Source: Mobula hypostoma (Eukaryota). From it: 64,000 bases of DNA. The stretch's first letter is position 1. Every line of letters begins with the position of its first letter. The stretch lies in the NCBI RefSeq assembly GCF_963921235.1, contig NC_086107.1, positions 107,386,001-107,450,000 on the forward strand, given 5' to 3'. Position numbers and translations under genes: made by a program. The notes below the pieces were generated by a model. It worked only from the letters and a program-made list of their open reading frames with translations, was not told where the DNA came from and ran no database searches. Shown here in pieces: positions 60,625 through 64,000 of the stretch.

Positions 60625-61180
60625 CACTCAATGACCATGTTATTAGGCACATCTGTATACCTGCTCGCTAATGCAAATATCCAATCAGCCAATCATGTGA
60701 CAGCAGCTCAATGCATAAATGCATGCAGATGTGGTCAAGGGGGTCAGTTGTTTTCAGACTAAACATCAGAATGAGGAAGAAATGTGATCTGAGTGACTTT
60801 GATCGTTGGTGCCAGACGGGGTGGTTTGAGCGTCTCAGAAACTGCTGATTTCTTGGGATGTTCACACACAACAATCTCTAGAGTTCACAGAGAACGTTGC
60901 AAAAAACTCAAAAAACATCCAGAGTAGCAGTTTTGTGGAAGAAAATGCCTTGTTAATGAGAGAGGTCAGGGGAGAATAGCCATACTGCTTAAGTCGACAG
61001 GAAGATGACAGTAGCTCAAACAACTATGCGTTACAACAGTGGTGTGCAGAAGAGCATCTCTGAATGCACAACACATCGAACTTTGAAGTGGAAGGGTTAC
61101 AGCAGCAGAAGATCATGAACGCGCACTTAGTGGCCACTTTATTCAGTTCAGAAGGTTCCTAACAAAGTGGCCACTGAGTG
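60625..61180 (+). mobile_element. Tc1-like derivative, complete end to end
   Basis: Left TIR cactcaatgacca..tattagg; MRKKCDLSDFDR coding remnant; right end is a 57-bp hairpin ending tggccactgagtg|TA. Confidence 0.85.
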
Positions 61181-63894
61181 TACATGTGATAAATCTGAAT
61201 CAACAATCCAGGCTCTTGAATTAAAGGGGATAACTTCACTCAGCTTCACTTCCTCCAACATTGAAATGTTCCCACAGCCAATGCACTGGTTGTTTCCCAC
61301 AACCATTGTCTCACCCCTGCAGTATCTAAGACAACTTCAAGGAGTGGTGCCTTAGGAAGGCAGTGTCATCACAAAGGACCTCCACCTCCCAGGACATACC
61401 CTCTTCACACTGTTACCTTTGGGAAGGAGATACAGAAGCCTGAAGGCACACACTCAATGATTCAGGAACAGGTTCTTCCCCTCTGCCACCCGATTTCTAA
61501 ATGGACATTGAACACATGAACACCACCTCACAACTTTTCATTTCTGTATTTTGTTTGCATTACTTATTTTTGACTTAACTATTTAATAGACATATATATA
61601 CTTACTGTAATTTAGTTTGTTCTGTATATTTATTTAGCATGTATTTCATTGTACTGCTGCTGTAAAGTTAACCAATTTCACAACACATGCTGGTGATATT
61701 AAACCTGATTCTGCTTCGGATTCACTTTCAAGGACTCTTCATCTAATTTTCTTGATATATATTGCTTATTTACTGAGTATGCCCACTAAAAATCGAATCT
61801 CGGGGTTGTACATGGTGACATATATGCACTTTGATAATAAATTAGCTTTGAACTTTGAATCCTAATCTAAGAAACTATCAAAATGCAAGCCCCTCTCAGA
61901 GTAAAATAATTTCATACACTGATTCAAACAGCACCATCTCTGTGCCATGGCGAAGATAAAGTCAGCGTTACAATTCCCTTTATCTTTGCTTCTCTCCTTT
62001 GCCTCCATGACAAACTGATGAATGTTTGAAATGGTTGATGCTGGAGTCTGCAAAGAGCAAAAATTCCCAGATCAGGCAACAAAATGAAAGCTTCTCAGAG
62101 TTTCCAGCACCCACTCCCCCACCCTTTCCAAGACCTTCATCCCCTTGCAGAGAGCAAACAGAGCCCAGGCTTCAGGAAAATGACTGCTATTCGACTGCAC
62201 TAATTCAATAGGCCAAAATCTGCCTTTGAAGGGGCAAGTACTGTCCCTTTGTGCTTTCCTCTAAGTCCTTTGTTCTTACAACAGTGAGGGAGGGCAACAG
62301 ACCCCTGCATCAGTTAAAAGTACCCAGAGTACGCATAGGTGCACTGGAGACTGAAGATTCAGATTTCTCTATCCGGCGCCAACATAGCATTCCATAATGT
62401 TTGGCAGAACAACAATAGCAGAAAAAACCTGATATGGCCACACATTTTAATTCCACATCCCATTCCCATTCTGATATGTCTATCCACGGCCTCCTCTACT
62501 GTAAAGATGAAGCCACACTCAGGTTGGAGGAACAACACCTTATATTCCGTCTGGGTAGCCTCCAAACTGATGGCATGAACATTGACTTTTCAAATTTCCG
62601 CTAATGCCCCACCTCCCCCTCGTACCCCATCTGTTATTTATTTATATACACACATTCTTTTTCTCCCTCTGTCCCTCTGACTATACCCCTTGCCCATCCT
62701 CTGGGTTTTTCCCCGCTCTCCCTTTTCCTTCTCCCTGGACCTCCTGTTCCATGATCCTCTCATATCCCTTTTGCCAATCATCTGTCCAGCTCTTGGCTCC
62801 ATCCCTCCCCCTCCTGTCTTCTCCTATCATTTCAGATCTCCCCCTCCCCCTCCCACTTTCAAATCTCTTACTAGCTCTTCCTTCAGTTAGTCCTGACAAA
62901 GGGTCTCGGCCCGAAACGTCAACTGTACCTCTTCCTAGAGATGCTGCCTGGCCTGCTGCGTTCACCAGCAACTTTGATGTGTGTTGCTTGAATTTCCAGC
63001 ATCTGCAGAATTCCTCGTGTTTGCGTTTTTAAAAGCAAAATAAGCCCTTTTCTCACCCTCTCACCCACCAACCAATCACAAACACAGATCGGCCTCCATC
63101 TGCAGGACAACCCCCCTCCTGGCCTCCAACCTCCAGTCCTTGGCCCCGGACTCACAGACATTGGGCCTCTGACCTCTGGACAGGCCAGGGGCTTCGACCT
63201 TCAGGGCTCAATCTTTGGACTCGCCAGAGTTAGTCTTTGATTTTCAGGCTTCAATCGTTGGACTCGCCAATTTTTGTCCTCAACCTTCGGGCTTCAACCT
63301 TCGGATTTACTGTCCTCTGGACTTCAGCCTCCAGCTTTGACCTCTGGAATCCACCAGCCTCTGAGAATGAGCCCCAGGACTTGCCCCATGATTCTCAGAT
63401 TATGGACATTGACCTTTGGATTCGCTGTCTCCCAGACCTCATGCTCTAGGTTTGCCAACTCACCTCATTGAGCCTCCAGTTCCAGGACTCACTGACCTTG
63501 GACTTCCAACCCTAGGACTTTGAACTTGCCTTTGGTGATGATCTTAGATTAGATTTGATTAGCTTTATTTGTCACATGTACATTAAAACATAGAATGAAG
63601 TGTGTCGTTTGCATCAAATAAAATCAGCAAGGACTGTGCTTGGTAGCCTGCAAGTGTCACCATACTTCCAGTACTAACATAGCATCCGCACAGCTCATTA
63701 ACCCTAACCATATATTGTTTGGAACGTGAGCGGACTACCTGGAGGAACCCAGTTAGTCACAGGGAGAATGTACAACCTCCTTACAGACGGTGGTGGGAAT
63801 CGAACCCCAATCTTACAACTAGGGCTCTGAAACATGGCTCTAATTGCTAAGCTACAAAGTTGCCTTTGTGTCCTCACTGGCCACAGGATTAACA

Positions 63895-64000
63895 CTAGAA
63901 GATTGGATGAGAGCAAATATTATTTGGTTGTTCAAGAAAGTTAATAGGAATAATCCAAGGAATTATAGATCAGTGAGTCTTAATCAGTGGTGGGCAAACT
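63895..64000 (+). mobile_element. CR1-type RT fragment running off the window edge
   Basis: LFKKVNRNNPRNYRSVSL..VVGK (RT N-terminal motif). Confidence 0.7.

Noticed and set aside
62889..62924. Active hammerhead
   Set aside because: Core reads CUGACAA (G8A) and stem I is mismatched
63090..63540. Regular tandem array of gacct/ggact motifs (also 19060-19400)
   Set aside because: Quasi-periodic, but no consistent unit could be defined by eye; probably the interior of a dispersed repeat

Overview
Eukaryotic, repeat-saturated, apparently non-genic DNA. The repeat complement (V-SINE/HE1-like SINEs, CR1 and Rex1/Babar LINEs, Deu-domain SINEs, Penelope-like elements) points to a cartilaginous fish, probably a ray (inference). 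I found no host protein-coding exon. The long ORFs in the track are either decayed retroelement or transposase fragments, or stop-free translations of a 33-bp minisatellite. The strongest signal is catalytic-RNA motifs inside the retroelements. (1) The 3' UTR of a Hero-like restriction-like-endonuclease LINE holds a hammerhead ribozyme whose strands are in a non-circularly permuted, pseudoknotted order (53477-53549, minus). (2) About 20 Penelope-derived copies carry a minimal, dimer-type hammerhead, a few with intact cores. (3) An RTE derivative starts with a decayed twister-like remnant. Also notable: an 18S rRNA fragment embedded in a Deu-SINE, a ~613-bp templated duplication written into a paralogous repeat, a BovB-like fragment, two related minisatellites in opposite orientation, and several multi-level nested insertions. 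Family names come from recalled motifs, not database searches. Repeat boundaries are approximate unless TSDs or TIRs are quoted.
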